From: Clostridia bacterium
GTDB taxonomy: Bacteria > Bacillota > Sulfobacillia > SLMV01
Direction of reading: 5' to 3'
NCBI GenBank assembly: GCA_003566675.1
Contig: PXCI01000054.1
Location: 1-57,366 of the forward strand
Length of the DNA: 57,366 nt
In this document: piece by piece, positions 48,657 to 57,366 of the stretch
Position numbering within the stretch: position 1 is the stretch's first letter
Layout: every line of letters begins with the position of its first letter
Notes under the pieces: model-generated
Databases searched by the model: none
Seen by the model: the letters and a program-made list of their open reading frames with translations, nothing else
Told to the model about the DNA's origin: nothing
Made by a program: the position numbers and the translations under genes

Positions 48657-49470
48657 CCGGGTGAAAGGGTTTGCCTGCCTCAAGGGAAGTTGCTTCTTTG
48701 ATGTTACGGACACACAAGAAGTTGAGCTGACTTTTTCTGTTGGCTTGCTTTAGAATAGTCAGTGATGAAAGAGAACCCTGATCACTGCGAACAAGTTAAG
48801 GTTTCTGGCAAGGTAGCACCTGTTGAGGTGCGCCCGATCACGAAAGGTGAATGTGTCGGTTGGGACCAGCTGATGGCAGACCGTCATTATCTGGGTGCGC
48901 GTCTGGTGGGTGAGTCTTTGCGGTATGTGGCCCTGTGGGAGGGCAGATGGGCAGCGCTTTTGGGCTGGAGCAGCGCTGCCTACAAGACGGGTCACCGGGA
49001 TCGGTGGATCGGCTGGTCAGAAGATCAGCGTCACCAGAGGCTTTCTCTGGTGGCCAACAACGCCCGTTTTCTGATGTTGTCCGAGGAGCGCCGTCCGAAC
49101 CTCGCTTCCATGGTGCTTTCCCGAACAGTGTGAAGATTGTCAGCTGATTGGGAGCAGGCGTATGGTAGATCCGACCCGGTTCCGGGGCACCTGTTATCGC
49201 GCTGCGGGGTGGGAGGCCCTGGGCAGGATCCAGGGTTATGCCCGTCATGCGGACCGATAGCGCCCCGGCAGCCATCCGAAGCTTTCATTGATTTATCCGT
49301 TGCATCGTCGGGTCCAGGAGATGCTTTCCGCCGTCTTTTTGTCTCCGGAGTTGCCGGTGTATCCGCGTGCTCTTTTGGACCTGAACCGGGTGTCTTTGGA
49401 GGGGCTGCGGGATATTATGCACGAGTTCAAGGACCCTCGTGACCCCCAGGGTCAGCGTCACAGATATCAC
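48625..49470 (+). mobile_element. degraded remnant of a DUF4338 + ISAs1-type (DDE_Tnp_1-associated) transposase gene; DDE domain absent
   Basis: 48762-49133 encodes a DUF4338-like region that ends at an in-frame TGA. ...DPTRFRGTCYRAAGWEALGRIQGYAR follows in another frame, and LRDIMHEFKDPRDPQGQRHRY (N-terminal motif of ISAs1-family transposases) in a third. Family assignments are from memory. Confidence 0.6.
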
Positions 49471-49645
49471 GGAGGGATCGGATGGGGATTCGATCGGGTG
49501 GGACAAGGGACCGGCGTAGCGCCCACGAGAGCCTCCTTGGCACCCGCTGGTCAAGGGAATCCAGAGCTGCCCCCGGGGGGGCATTCCCCCGGCCACCTTC
49601 GTACCCGTCCCCCAGGAGGTTCCGGGGCCTCCGTCGCGCCAGGTA

Positions 49646-49677
49646 TTGACACAGTCGCCACTTAATGGCATTATATA
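49646..49677 (+). promoter_or_regulatory. sigma-A promoter of csoR-msrAB
   Basis: TTGACA (49646-49651), 17-nt spacer, CATTAT (49669-49674). An alternative -10 is TATATA at 49672-49677. Confidence 0.55.
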
Positions 49678-49678
49678 G

Positions 49679-49694
49679 ATACCCCCATGGGTAT
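49679..49694. promoter_or_regulatory. CsoR-type operator
   Basis: ATACCC-CCAT-GGGTAT is a perfect inverted repeat with a GC-rich core. It matches the ATACCC...GGGTAT architecture of CsoR-family operators and lies directly downstream of the -10. Confidence 0.65.
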
Positions 49695-49817
49695 TTGAGT
49701 TCCGTGGAGGCCCAAACCAAAGGGGATTCCCCGTCGACGATCCCTGGCGCCTGTAGATGCAGGCAGGGGCGCAGGTCGGGAGACGGTGACGACCATCATC
49801 GAGGAGGGGGGGTTCCG

Positions 49818-50090
49818 TTGGCACAGTCGAGGGATGCCCGGGCAATCGCCAACCGGCTCGCGCGCGTCGAGGGGCAGATCCGCGGGGTGCGCATCATGGT
49901 GAAGGAAGGGCGCGAATGCGAAGACGTCCTTGCCCAGCTGAGCGCCGCTCATGCCGCTCTGGAAGCGGCCTCCAAGGCGGTGCTGGTTCACTTCATAGAC
50001 GAGTGCCTCCAGGCGAGGACAGACCGCGGGGAGCCCCAGGAGGAAACCCTGGAACGTTTGGCCGGACTCCTGTCCGCCACGCGCTTCTGA
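49818..50090 (+). CDS. csoR: CsoR/RcnR-family metal- or redox-sensing transcriptional repressor
   Basis: Contains RLARVEGQIRGVRIMVKEGRECEDVLAQLSAA...HFIDEC, with the x-C-H-C fingerprint. TTG start with SD GAGGAGGGGGGG 5 nt upstream. Confidence 0.85.
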   Translation: MAQSRDARAIANRLARVEGQIRGVRIMVKEGRECEDVLAQLSAAHAALEAASKAVLVHFIDECLQARTDRGEPQEETLERLAGLLSATRF

Positions 50091-50153
50091 GGGAAGGCGA
50101 CCCACCGACAGACCACGACCCTGCCCGCTTCATTTCGGAAAGCGAGGTGCCTT

Positions 50154-51302
50154 ATGAACCGCCAGTTGATTATTCCCGCGAGTCTCGTCCTGCTGGGGTT
50201 GATCACCCTGACCCTGCGGGCCGCTGGCGTCGGGGGAACCTTCCGCTTCGGGGAGAACCCGGCAGATACTGGGGCCCCGCGAGACGTCCCTCACCTGCCG
50301 CCCAACCCGAACACCGGGATCGACTACACAGGAACGGCACTCCGAGAGATCTACCTGGCCGGGGGATGTTTTTGGGGGGTAGACGCGTACCTCTCTCGCA
50401 TCTACGGCGTCGCCGAGCTGGTGGTTGGCTACGCCAACGGCCGCACGGAAGAGCCCACCTACGAGGACGTGCTGTATCTTAACACAGGCCACGCGGAGAC
50501 CGCCCGGGTGCGCTACGACCCCAGACGTCTCCCGCTCGGTGACCTGCTGGACCATTTCTTCAGCATCATCGATCCAACGGCGGTGAACCGCCAGGGGAAC
50601 GATGTCGGAAGCCAGTACCGAACGGGCATCTACTACACCGACCCGCGGGACCTGGAGACCATCGAGGCGGCCATGGCCCGGGTCCGCGACGAGGTCGGCG
50701 AGCCGCTGGCCACGGAGATCGAACCCCTGGAAAACTTCCACCCGGCAGAAGAATACCACCAGAAGTACCTGGAGAAGAACCCGGGCGGATACTGCCACGT
50801 GGACCTGTCGGCCCTGGAACGGGAACCGGGGCAGCCGGCGGGCCTGGTGGATCCGTCGCTTTACACCCGGCCCGACGATGGGACCCTGCGGGCCACCCTG
50901 ACGGACCTGCAATATGCCGTCACCCAGAAGGATGCCACGGAACCGCCCCACCGCAACGCGTTCTTTGATCACGACGAGCCCGGCGTGTACGTTGACATCG
51001 TCACCGGAGAGCCCCTGTTCGCCTCGGCCGACAAGTTCTCCTGCGGTTGCGGCTGGCCCTCCTTCGCCCGGCCCATCGACCCGGCCGTCGTAACCTACCA
51101 CGAGGACACCAGCCATGGGATGCTGCGCACCGAGGTGCGGAGCCGCGTTGGAGATTCCCACTTGGGCCACCTCTTCGAGGACGGTCCCGCCGAGCGGGGA
51201 GGATTGCGCTACTGCATCAACAGCGCCGCCCTGCGTTTCATCCCCATGGATCAGCTGAGGGCCAAGGGATACGGCTTCCTGCGGTCCCACCTACATCGAT
51301 GA
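50154..51302 (+). CDS. msrAB: membrane-anchored/exported bifunctional methionine sulfoxide reductase MsrA-MsrB
   Basis: N-terminal TM/signal sequence ([17 protein letters not shown]). MsrA active site GGCFWGV. MsrB motifs CGCGWPSF and [10 protein letters not shown]...RYCINS. Confidence 0.9.
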   Translation: MNRQLIIPASLVLLGLITLTLRAAGVGGTFRFGENPADTGAPRDVPHLPPNPNTGIDYTGTALREIYLAGGCFWGVDAYLSRIYGVAELVVGYANGRTEEPTYEDVLYLNTGHAETARVRYDPRRLPLGDLLDHFFSIIDPTAVNRQGNDVGSQYRTGIYYTDPRDLETIEAAMARVRDEVGEPLATEIEPLENFHPAEEYHQKYLEKNPGGYCHVDLSALEREPGQPAGLVDPSLYTRPDDGTLRATLTDLQYAVTQKDATEPPHRNAFFDHDEPGVYVDIVTGEPLFASADKFSCGCGWPSFARPIDPAVVTYHEDTSHGMLRTEVRSRVGDSHLGHLFEDGPAERGGLRYCINSAALRFIPMDQLRAKGYGFLRSHLHR

Positions 51303-51527
51303 ACTACCAGGGGGCGGATCCGGTGAGGATTCATCCTCGGAGAACCCACCCCGATCTCGCAGAGATCCTGACAGCAGAGCCCGGGGGCAAGCCACGGGAC
51401 GATGAGTCTGGCGATGGGGCGATAAACCGGGTCGCGACGGCATCGGTGACGAAGTCCGAGAGCACCATCGCCCCCATCCGTGCCGGGGCCAGGGTAATCC
51501 GGGGATCCGCGAGGGCGGGGAGCCACA

Positions 51528-51962
51528 TCATCCGGTCCGCCCCCTGGGCCTCACTGACGAAACTTTAAAGCCAGCCTTCTCATAAACTCGCACTGCAGGC
51601 TTGTTGCGAATATTGACGTTTAATCGAATTTCATCTCCTGTGTAGCCAAAGTGGCGGACAGCAAAACGAATGCCCTGGTTGACGAAACTCTTTCCAAGCC
51701 CCTTTCCAACCTTCTCCGGATGCAGGGCGAGACCAATCTCCATGTCTTGATCCGCAATGCTTACCTCGAACAACCCTGCCAGCCTGTCTTTATGATCTAG
51801 GGCCACAAACCCTTCACATCCTCCGGGGCCCTTCATCTTGCCTTTTTGGCTGTAGATTGTCCGATAAGACCCGACCAGAATACTCCTCACATGGCCGTCA
51901 TAACTCCAGGTCTCTATCTCTTCTGCGTAACTCAATGTCATAGGAGCAAATCGGAATTCCAT
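51528..51962 (-). CDS. GNAT-family N-acetyltransferase
   Basis: 144 aa. Motif A is LHPEKVGKGLGKSFVNQG. The last ~9 codons lie in GC-rich island-type sequence. Confidence 0.8.
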   Translation of the reverse strand: MEFRFAPMTLSYAEEIETWSYDGHVRSILVGSYRTIYSQKGKMKGPGGCEGFVALDHKDRLAGLFEVSIADQDMEIGLALHPEKVGKGLGKSFVNQGIRFAVRHFGYTGDEIRLNVNIRNKPAVRVYEKAGFKVSSVRPRGRTG

Positions 51963-52142
51963 GATTCTCCCTTCGGCCGATACCCATCACAACAACACCC
52001 ACAGCCTATTCATGTGAGAAGATGCGTCTAGGCATAGCACATAGAAGCCAGCAAGGGATGGAGAATCAGAATGTGTCCCTTCAATACCAGGGCCAGCCCC
52101 AAAAGCCCTGATCAACACAGTGGGTATTCCCACTCGTCAGAC

Positions 52143-52718
52143 TCAGCGGCAAACCACGATCACGGAGCCAAAAACCGCACTCGCTTCGATGTAAATTGAC
52201 GGCCCGTCCTCTGTGTATCCTGGCGAGGTATAGGTGTGTTCGCCAAAGGACGATGATTGGCCATCCGGAGTCTCGACACGACCAAAGACAGAGCTCGCCT
52301 TCACCCGTACGGCCACGTCTCCGGGCACCCGAATTGTCGTTGAGCCGAAAACTGAGTTGAACCCGAACGCAAGCCTCTCATCACCAGGGGGCGGATCAAT
52401 CGTGAATATGCCCTCACCAAATATCACGTTGTGTTCTGCGGACCGATTGAGATCTGCAGTCACTTGCCCCATCAAAACTGTCGAAGGGTCCTTGTCAAGT
52501 CGTCGATCCATGATCGACCACTGCTCCGCGCGGGCCGATGGGTACATGCCAAAGTGTCCACCGAAAACCATAACTAGGCCCACATAGACAAGGAAGACCC
52601 CCACCGCCAAACGGAACAGTGAAATCCTCATATTTGTGAAAGATATGATGAGCGCAACCGAACCGATAATGAGGAAATATACTCCCCAGAACACTCCCGT
52701 AAAGAGATGGATGAGCAC
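52143..52718 (-). CDS. LiaF-domain (cell wall-active antibiotic response, DUF2154-like) membrane protein
   Basis: Two N-terminal TM helices. The C-terminal beta-rich repeats FGEGIFTI..., SVFGSTTIRVPGDVAVRV, SSVFGRVE and SAVFGSVIV are typical of the LiaF C-domain. Confidence 0.65.
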   Translation of the reverse strand: MLIHLFTGVFWGVYFLIIGSVALIISFTNMRISLFRLAVGVFLVYVGLVMVFGGHFGMYPSARAEQWSIMDRRLDKDPSTVLMGQVTADLNRSAEHNVIFGEGIFTIDPPPGDERLAFGFNSVFGSTTIRVPGDVAVRVKASSVFGRVETPDGQSSSFGEHTYTSPGYTEDGPSIYIEASAVFGSVIVVCR

Positions 52719-52959
52719 AGCGATCCCTCCCTATTCCTGATCCATGCTACCACTACAACATGGACCGGGCAATGCACATCAGGAGAAGGACTTTGCAGTT
52801 TAAATATTTCATCTGCTCGATCTTAGACAGTCGGAATTTCCGGTTGACCCCATCCACAAAGTCCTTCCTCCTTGGCTGTCATCGACCGCCACCCGCACGA
52901 TCGCTACCACTCATAACATCAGGACTACGATGGCGCCTGCTAACGACGAATGCAAGCCA

Positions 52960-53916
52960 TCACTCAGGCATGATTCCCATCGGGACCTGCCGCTCTTCAT
53001 TGACAAGCAGTTTGAACACGTCAGGCCGACTGTAATGACCCGTCACATCAAATTCCAGGCGGCTTGCGGGAATTCTGGACATATCCAGGTCAGCGATGAG
53101 AATTTCCTCCTTGCCGTAAACCGGTTCCACCACGTATTCGCCCATGGGGTCAACAATGGAACTGCCTCCGGAACAAACCGTATCAGCTTTGGGCAAATCC
53201 TCCTGGCAGGCCAGATCATCAGGATACATGTCAGCCGTTACGTACTGGTTGCAGCCAAGAACAAAGCAGCGGCCCTCGAGAGCGATGTGCCGCAGGGTGG
53301 CCTGCCAACGCTCGCGCTCGTCTGCTGTGGGGGCCAGGTATAAGTCCACTCCCTTGGCGTACATCGCAGCCCGGGCCAGCGGCATGTAGTTCTCCCAACA
53401 GATCAGGCTCCCGAGCTTGCCTCCGGGGGTGTCGATGACCGGTAAAGTGCTGCCGTCGCCCTCGCCCCAGATGAGGCGTTCGGCCGCGGTGGGTTTGAGC
53501 TTGCGATGCTTTCCCAGCAGTCTGCCATCGGGGCCAAAATACAGAACAGTGCAAAATAGGGTGCCCCCTGAGAAGTCAGCATCTCTCTCAATGACGCCCA
53601 TGACAAGATAAATCCCATAGCGGGACGCAGTCTCAGCCAGAACCTCCGTTGTCCTATCCCCAACCTCAACAGAACTCTGCCAGTAACGAAGCCAGTCCGC
53701 CCTGCCTTCCTCGGTCCTTCCTCCAACGTGGGTACCAAACGAAAGCCCTCGAGGATACCCGGAGATAAAGGCCTCGGGGAAGAGAACCATCTCGGCCCCT
53801 GAGGCTGCCGCCTCACCGATCAGCTTCACTGCCTTCTCAGTGCAAGCAGCACGATCCATCAAGACTGAGCCTGCCTGCACAACTGCAACTCGGTACACAT
53901 GTTCCATATCACCCAT
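52960..53916 (-). CDS. nitrilase (carbon-nitrogen hydrolase superfamily)
   Basis: The Glu-Lys-Cys triad context is FPEAF, HRKLKPT and LICWENYMPLAR. Confidence 0.9.
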   Translation of the reverse strand: MGDMEHVYRVAVVQAGSVLMDRAACTEKAVKLIGEAAASGAEMVLFPEAFISGYPRGLSFGTHVGGRTEEGRADWLRYWQSSVEVGDRTTEVLAETASRYGIYLVMGVIERDADFSGGTLFCTVLYFGPDGRLLGKHRKLKPTAAERLIWGEGDGSTLPVIDTPGGKLGSLICWENYMPLARAAMYAKGVDLYLAPTADERERWQATLRHIALEGRCFVLGCNQYVTADMYPDDLACQEDLPKADTVCSGGSSIVDPMGEYVVEPVYGKEEILIADLDMSRIPASRLEFDVTGHYSRPDVFKLLVNEERQVPMGIMPE

Positions 53917-54196
53917 CGCCAGTACCTCCCTACTCGATCATTCCAGGTCCATAATACCAGAAATATGCCATGAGGTGCCTACAAGGACTCGTCACCCCGG
54001 ATCCTATCCCAGGCACAGCGGTGCATCATGGCTCATCCCAACTTGATCCGAAGGGACGCCACCCCAGACATGATGCACGTTTGTTGTGACCTCGTAAACG
54101 GATCCACTACTTGTTGACAGGGTCACACCCTATCAGATGCGATATAATGTACTAGATGGTATCCAGAGCCATACTACGTCAGCTTCAAGAAGCTTC

Positions 54197-55057
54197 ATGA
54201 GAGGGGCGCTGCTCATAATGCGCAGGTTGCGATCCATAATAATCGTTGCTATTGCCTGCATCATCCTAGCTTATTCACTGGGTGCTGTGTACGGTGAGGT
54301 GATCATACCAAATGGACAAGCTGAGCAAGAGGATGAGCACGAACCCTTTGCGGAACCCAGTACCCCTCACGATGACCGCCCGGAACCCCGTTCTCCGGAT
54401 GAAGTCGATGACACCTCATCCGCCAGGGATCTACCTTGCCTTGAGGAAACCGCAATGGTCACGACGGAGGGGATCCAGATCGTCACCAATCCGGATCATG
54501 TACTGGTCCTGGTCAACAAGGAACGAAATCTGCCACCTGACTACATACCCAACGATCTCGTCGCCCCCGAGATCCCCTTCCCCTTTGAGGGAGATGATCC
54601 CAGGAAGCTGATGCAACGGGAGGCAGCCGAAGCCCTGCAACAATTGGTAGCGGGCGCCTTGGAGGAGTCTCTGGAGCTCTATGGGCTTTCGGGCTACAGA
54701 TCGTATGAGACACAGAAGCAAATATTCGCATACAACGTCCAACGGCGGGGTGAAGAGGCGGCAAACCAATTCAGTGCACGGCCGGGACAGAGTGAACACC
54801 AGACGGGATTGGCGATGGACGTCACATCGCGCCAGGTGGATTTTGGCCTGACCCAGGCCTTTGGCAAAACGGCCGAGGGACGTTGGCTAAAGGAGCATGC
54901 CCATGAATTTGGCTTCATCATTCGTTACCCCGCGGGCAAGGAACAGATCACTGGCTACCAGTACGAACCATGGCACCTGCGCTATGTTGGCGTCGAGCAT
55001 GCTCATGCAATTCAAGCATCGGGACTCACACTGGAGGAGTACCTCGAGAAGAAGTAG
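54197..55057 (+). CDS. M15B D-alanyl-D-alanine carboxypeptidase (VanY-like)
   Basis: TM anchor. Motifs SGYRSYETQ, SEHQTGLAMD and YEPWHLRYVG. The start is 54197 or 54218. Confidence 0.85.
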   Translation: MRGALLIMRRLRSIIIVAIACIILAYSLGAVYGEVIIPNGQAEQEDEHEPFAEPSTPHDDRPEPRSPDEVDDTSSARDLPCLEETAMVTTEGIQIVTNPDHVLVLVNKERNLPPDYIPNDLVAPEIPFPFEGDDPRKLMQREAAEALQQLVAGALEESLELYGLSGYRSYETQKQIFAYNVQRRGEEAANQFSARPGQSEHQTGLAMDVTSRQVDFGLTQAFGKTAEGRWLKEHAHEFGFIIRYPAGKEQITGYQYEPWHLRYVGVEHAHAIQASGLTLEEYLEKK

Positions 55058-55179
55058 GGACACAGCGCAGAATACAACGGAAAAGAATTGTGATCCTCGT
55101 CCCAAGCGCCATCGCGGGCAATACTGTCCATGAAAACACCCTCTTCTATTTGACACGTATCTCGGACCCCACCAGTCGG

Positions 55180-55219
55180 CTGAACAGGCCGGGCTCATTT
55201 ACGGATCAAGCCTGTTCAG
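55180..55219. terminator. hairpin between convergent genes
   Basis: CTGAACAGGC (55180-55189) pairs with GCCTGTTCAG (55210-55219): a 10-bp stem with a 20-nt loop. Confidence 0.35.
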
Positions 55220-55256
55220 ATCCACACACTGTCAATCGGAGTCACCCCTGCTTCAT

Positions 55257-55796
55257 TCATCGCTTGCTTTTGATCTCGGCAAAGACAGGAATCTTCTGGG
55301 CTGCATGGACGATCGGGGGAATCAGGATTAACTGGATGACAATCCCCGGCCAACTGCCTATCAGCCCCACGGTCAGCGGAAACCAAAGGGGGACCCTGTC
55401 AAGGCCGATCAGTGGTAGGGCAACATACCCCAGAACACCATAGATCAGTCTGCCGCCAAACATGGCGATAATCAGAGACAGCCACAAGTTCGCACGCTGT
55501 TTGAAATATATGAGGCCCGACAGCACCCCAAAGACGCCCAGCTCAAACGTCATCATGATGGCCATCGGAATCGGAGGGGGCATTCCTGTAAGCAGACTAC
55601 TAAGACCTGGAGTTATGATACCCGCAACAAACCCAACGACGGGGCCCGCCAAAAGACCTGCCAAAAATACGGGTATATGCATCGGGAGAAACAGCCTACC
55701 CGCGCCGGGCCCACCGACAAAATGAAAGGCCATGGGTGTAAGAAGGCCCAGGGCTATAAAAAGGCCCGTGAGGGTGATTTTCTGTGCAGACGTCAC
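55257..55796 (-). CDS. ECF-transporter S component-like membrane protein (substrate unknown)
   Basis: Six-TM small hydrophobic protein: KITLTGLFIALGLLTPMAF.... GTG start with SD GGAAGGTG 6 nt upstream. No riboswitch recognised in the short leader. Confidence 0.6.
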   Translation of the reverse strand: MTSAQKITLTGLFIALGLLTPMAFHFVGGPGAGRLFLPMHIPVFLAGLLAGPVVGFVAGIITPGLSSLLTGMPPPIPMAIMMTFELGVFGVLSGLIYFKQRANLWLSLIIAMFGGRLIYGVLGYVALPLIGLDRVPLWFPLTVGLIGSWPGIVIQLILIPPIVHAAQKIPVFAEIKSKR

Positions 55797-56027
55797 AATT
55801 AACACCTTCCTTCACAAGAATTTAGACGCTGATAGTGTAGCACAAATCTTGCAATGTGTGCCACTACTGCGAGAACCGACTTTGGGATCCCGCAAGCATC
55901 ACGCAGAATAAACTGTGTGAACTTGCACCCCTCCAATAAAGGTCAACCGATCATTCATAGCAGGATTCTCCCCGATTTTCTCGAACCTGCCTACATGTAG
56001 ATTGGCATTCTGAAGGGAGACCTGGCA

Positions 56028-56501
56028 GTGCACCAGATGCGACGCAGCGACCGAGCAATGACAGAAGCTGAGGCATGGGAATTTCTACGACAACAGGACG
56101 TTGGAAGGCTCGGGATTATTGCAGACAGTGAGCCCTATGTGGTACCCCTCAACTACGTGGTCGTGGGAGAAAGCATCTACTTCCACAGTGCCCGAGAGGG
56201 CCTCAAAATGGACGCGATCCAGAGAAGCCCCCGGGTCTGTTTCCTAGTGGACCAGTTCATCGGCATCAAACATGGAGCCGGAGCTTGTGACTTCAGTGCC
56301 TACTACCGCAGCGTAATGGCCCGGGGCAAGGCTCAACTGCTGCAAGACATCGAAGAGATAACCGGGATTCTCAATGCGCTGACCCTCAAATATGCAAGGG
56401 GGCAGGAGTTTGAGCCTGCTACCAGCAATGGGCTCATGCCAACAGCCGTCGTGCAGATCCACGTAGAGCACATTTCGGGGAAGCAACTACTACCACAGTG
56501 A
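56028..56501 (+). CDS. pyridoxamine 5'-phosphate oxidase-family (FMN-binding split barrel, NimA-like) protein
   Basis: The N-terminal region MTEAEAWEFLRQQDVGRLGII...PYVVPLNYVVVGESIYFHSA is typical of the Pyridox_ox_2 family. Confidence 0.8.
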   Translation: MHQMRRSDRAMTEAEAWEFLRQQDVGRLGIIADSEPYVVPLNYVVVGESIYFHSAREGLKMDAIQRSPRVCFLVDQFIGIKHGAGACDFSAYYRSVMARGKAQLLQDIEEITGILNALTLKYARGQEFEPATSNGLMPTAVVQIHVEHISGKQLLPQ

Positions 56502-56508
56502 CCAACCG

Positions 56509-57000
56509 TTACGCCTGATCACAAAGGGTCCTGTAAAGATCGACGAGAAACAAGAGCTTGTAGCGCTGATGTCTGGTAGCTTCGGACTCATTCGGAGACG
56601 GGTTCCTCAAAAGGTCCTTGAGAATCGCGAGATGAACTTCGCGGTCCCCCAGGGAGGATTCTTCTGGTTCTTCATACTCAATCGTGTGGGAGAAATCCCA
56701 TCCGAGTTGGCCACGGAACGGTTCACTCTTCACGAGGTATTTGGGTCTTGGACCAAACCTCATTGATAACCTGAGGCCAGAACCCCAGGGTTCTACGTAG
56801 GACAGATCCTGAATCTGTAGCCACAAATTTTCAGCTTCGTCGCCCGGGGGCATCCGCATAAGCTCCACGATGATGACCTCGTACATCCGGTATCTTTCAC
56901 GACGATCTGGGTGCGGATCCGCAAGGTAGGGACGGATCTGACGCTGCAAAATGTTCATGAGTTTCTCTTTGACACGCGAAACAGGCCTCCCAACACCCAC
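56509..57000 (-). CDS. hypothetical protein
   Basis: 163-aa ORF (alternative start at Met15, 56958). No recognisable motif. Confidence 0.4.
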   Translation of the reverse strand: MGVGRPVSRVKEKLMNILQRQIRPYLADPHPDRRERYRMYEVIIVELMRMPPGDEAENLWLQIQDLSYVEPWGSGLRLSMRFGPRPKYLVKSEPFRGQLGWDFSHTIEYEEPEESSLGDREVHLAILKDLLRNPSPNESEATRHQRYKLLFLVDLYRTLCDQA

Positions 57001-57130
57001 TCTACGATCCCCCTTCAGCCACCTAGTACAAATAAGATAATACTTTTAGAGAGAAAAGGGAAAGTCCATGGGTATCTTCCCTGTATTATAGATCCATTAT
57101 AGGAACAGAAACCGTTCAATTTCGGGTTCC

Positions 57131-57366
57131 TTGCCTATTCCGGTGAAATCGGCCGGCTGGTCCGGAGCAAAGCGGCCGCCCATTCCGGACCAAATCGGCC
57201 ACCTCCGTTTGTCCCCTCGGAGCGAAGCGACGTGAGCAGTTTTCAGTTATCTTTAGTCTTTGACATCTGCTCGGGAATCACCTTCCTCATGGACTCACCT
57301 TTCATGATGAGTCGATGACTGGAATGAACCAGTCGATCCAAAATGGCATCAGCCACGGTGGGGTCA
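57131..57366 (-). mobile_element. IS21-family insertion sequence, terminal part (continues beyond the right window edge)
   Basis: Contains the istB 3' end plus subterminal direct repeats ATTCCGG-N3-AAATCGGCC at 57136-57154 and 57181-57199. The outer boundary is approximate. Confidence 0.6.
57243..57366 (-). CDS. istB: IS21-family helper ATPase IstB, C-terminal 41 codons (partial)
   Basis: The minus-strand translation [40 protein letters not shown] matches the conserved IstB C-terminus (AILDRLVH...KGESMR). Confidence 0.8.
   Translation of the reverse strand, partial: DPTVADAILDRLVHSSHRLIMKGESMRKVIPEQMSKTKDN

Noticed and set aside
48762-49133. DUF4338-like ORF: possible Druantia DruA, i.e. 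an anti-phage system
   Set aside because: The ORF ends at an in-frame stop. It continues in other frames into an ISAs1-type transposase N-terminal motif, so it fits the DUF4338-transposase fusion class. There are no large DruB-E/helicase genes nearby. It is a decayed IS fragment, not a defence locus.
50130-51290. 386-aa ORF on the minus strand, the longest ORF in this region
   Set aside because: It is exactly antisense to msrAB, which carries unmistakable MsrA/MsrB active-site motifs on the plus strand. The region is about 68% GC, where long shadow ORFs are expected. The translation is low-complexity (G/V/R/P-rich) with no motifs.
51331-51531. 66-aa minus-strand ORF whose ATG overlaps the GNAT stop (TGATG), suggesting coupling
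   Set aside because: It lies entirely in GC-rich island DNA, unlike the ~45% GC GNAT gene, and has no motif. The overlap is probably a coincidence created by the island junction. It could be a fragment of an island gene.

Overview
This 57.4-kb window looks like chromosome from a spore-forming Bacillota-type organism. GC is roughly 55-58% from hand counts of sample lines.

The left third (minus strand) keeps the Bacillus subtilis origin-proximal order: tRNA-Arg, tadA, two tRNA-Ser, large SRP RNA, dnaX, ybaB, recR, yaaL, bofA. After bofA come an ORF-poor 1.2-kb gap, a four-subunit 2-oxoacid:ferredoxin oxidoreductase operon, a UPF0316 gene, tRNA-Gln and tRNA-Glu, three tandem promoters, and the 5' end of a 16S rRNA gene cut by the window edge.

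The rest is mostly metabolic and envelope genes:
- an agmatinase-family enzyme;
- a 5x LysM Cys-rich protein;
- a GntP permease with two paralogous membrane proteins;
- a GNAT-M24 peptidase-methyltransferase operon;
- an MFS transporter;
- an uncharacterised translationally coupled Fe-S gene pair, with a PflX-like radical SAM gene converging on it;
- an amino-acid/peptide catabolic neighbourhood (class V PLP enzyme, DDAH-like enzyme, cytosolic M14 carboxypeptidase, tyrosine phenol-lyase, TPP enzyme, GntR regulator);
- a DUF4097 lipoprotein, an alcohol dehydrogenase and an OmpR/histidine-kinase pair;
- GerM and SleB-like sporulation genes;
- an NSS-MarR-MATE-amidinotransferase cluster.

The most unusual stretch is 47.5-51.6 kb. 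It holds a decayed MacAB-like ABC locus: the ATPase is broken by a 4-bp tandem duplication, the adaptor is truncated, and the permease is missing. This abuts a degraded DUF4338/ISAs1-type IS remnant and a GC-rich (~67%) island. The island carries a csoR-family repressor with a textbook operator, followed by an exported msrAB fusion.

Other points:
- Two more probable frameshifts were seen, one at the LysM gene 5' end and one in a small membrane protein gene.
- The window ends inside an IS21-family element (istB 3' end).
- I found no CRISPR array and no recognisable defence system.
- All functional calls come from reading motifs in the translations. No database search was run.
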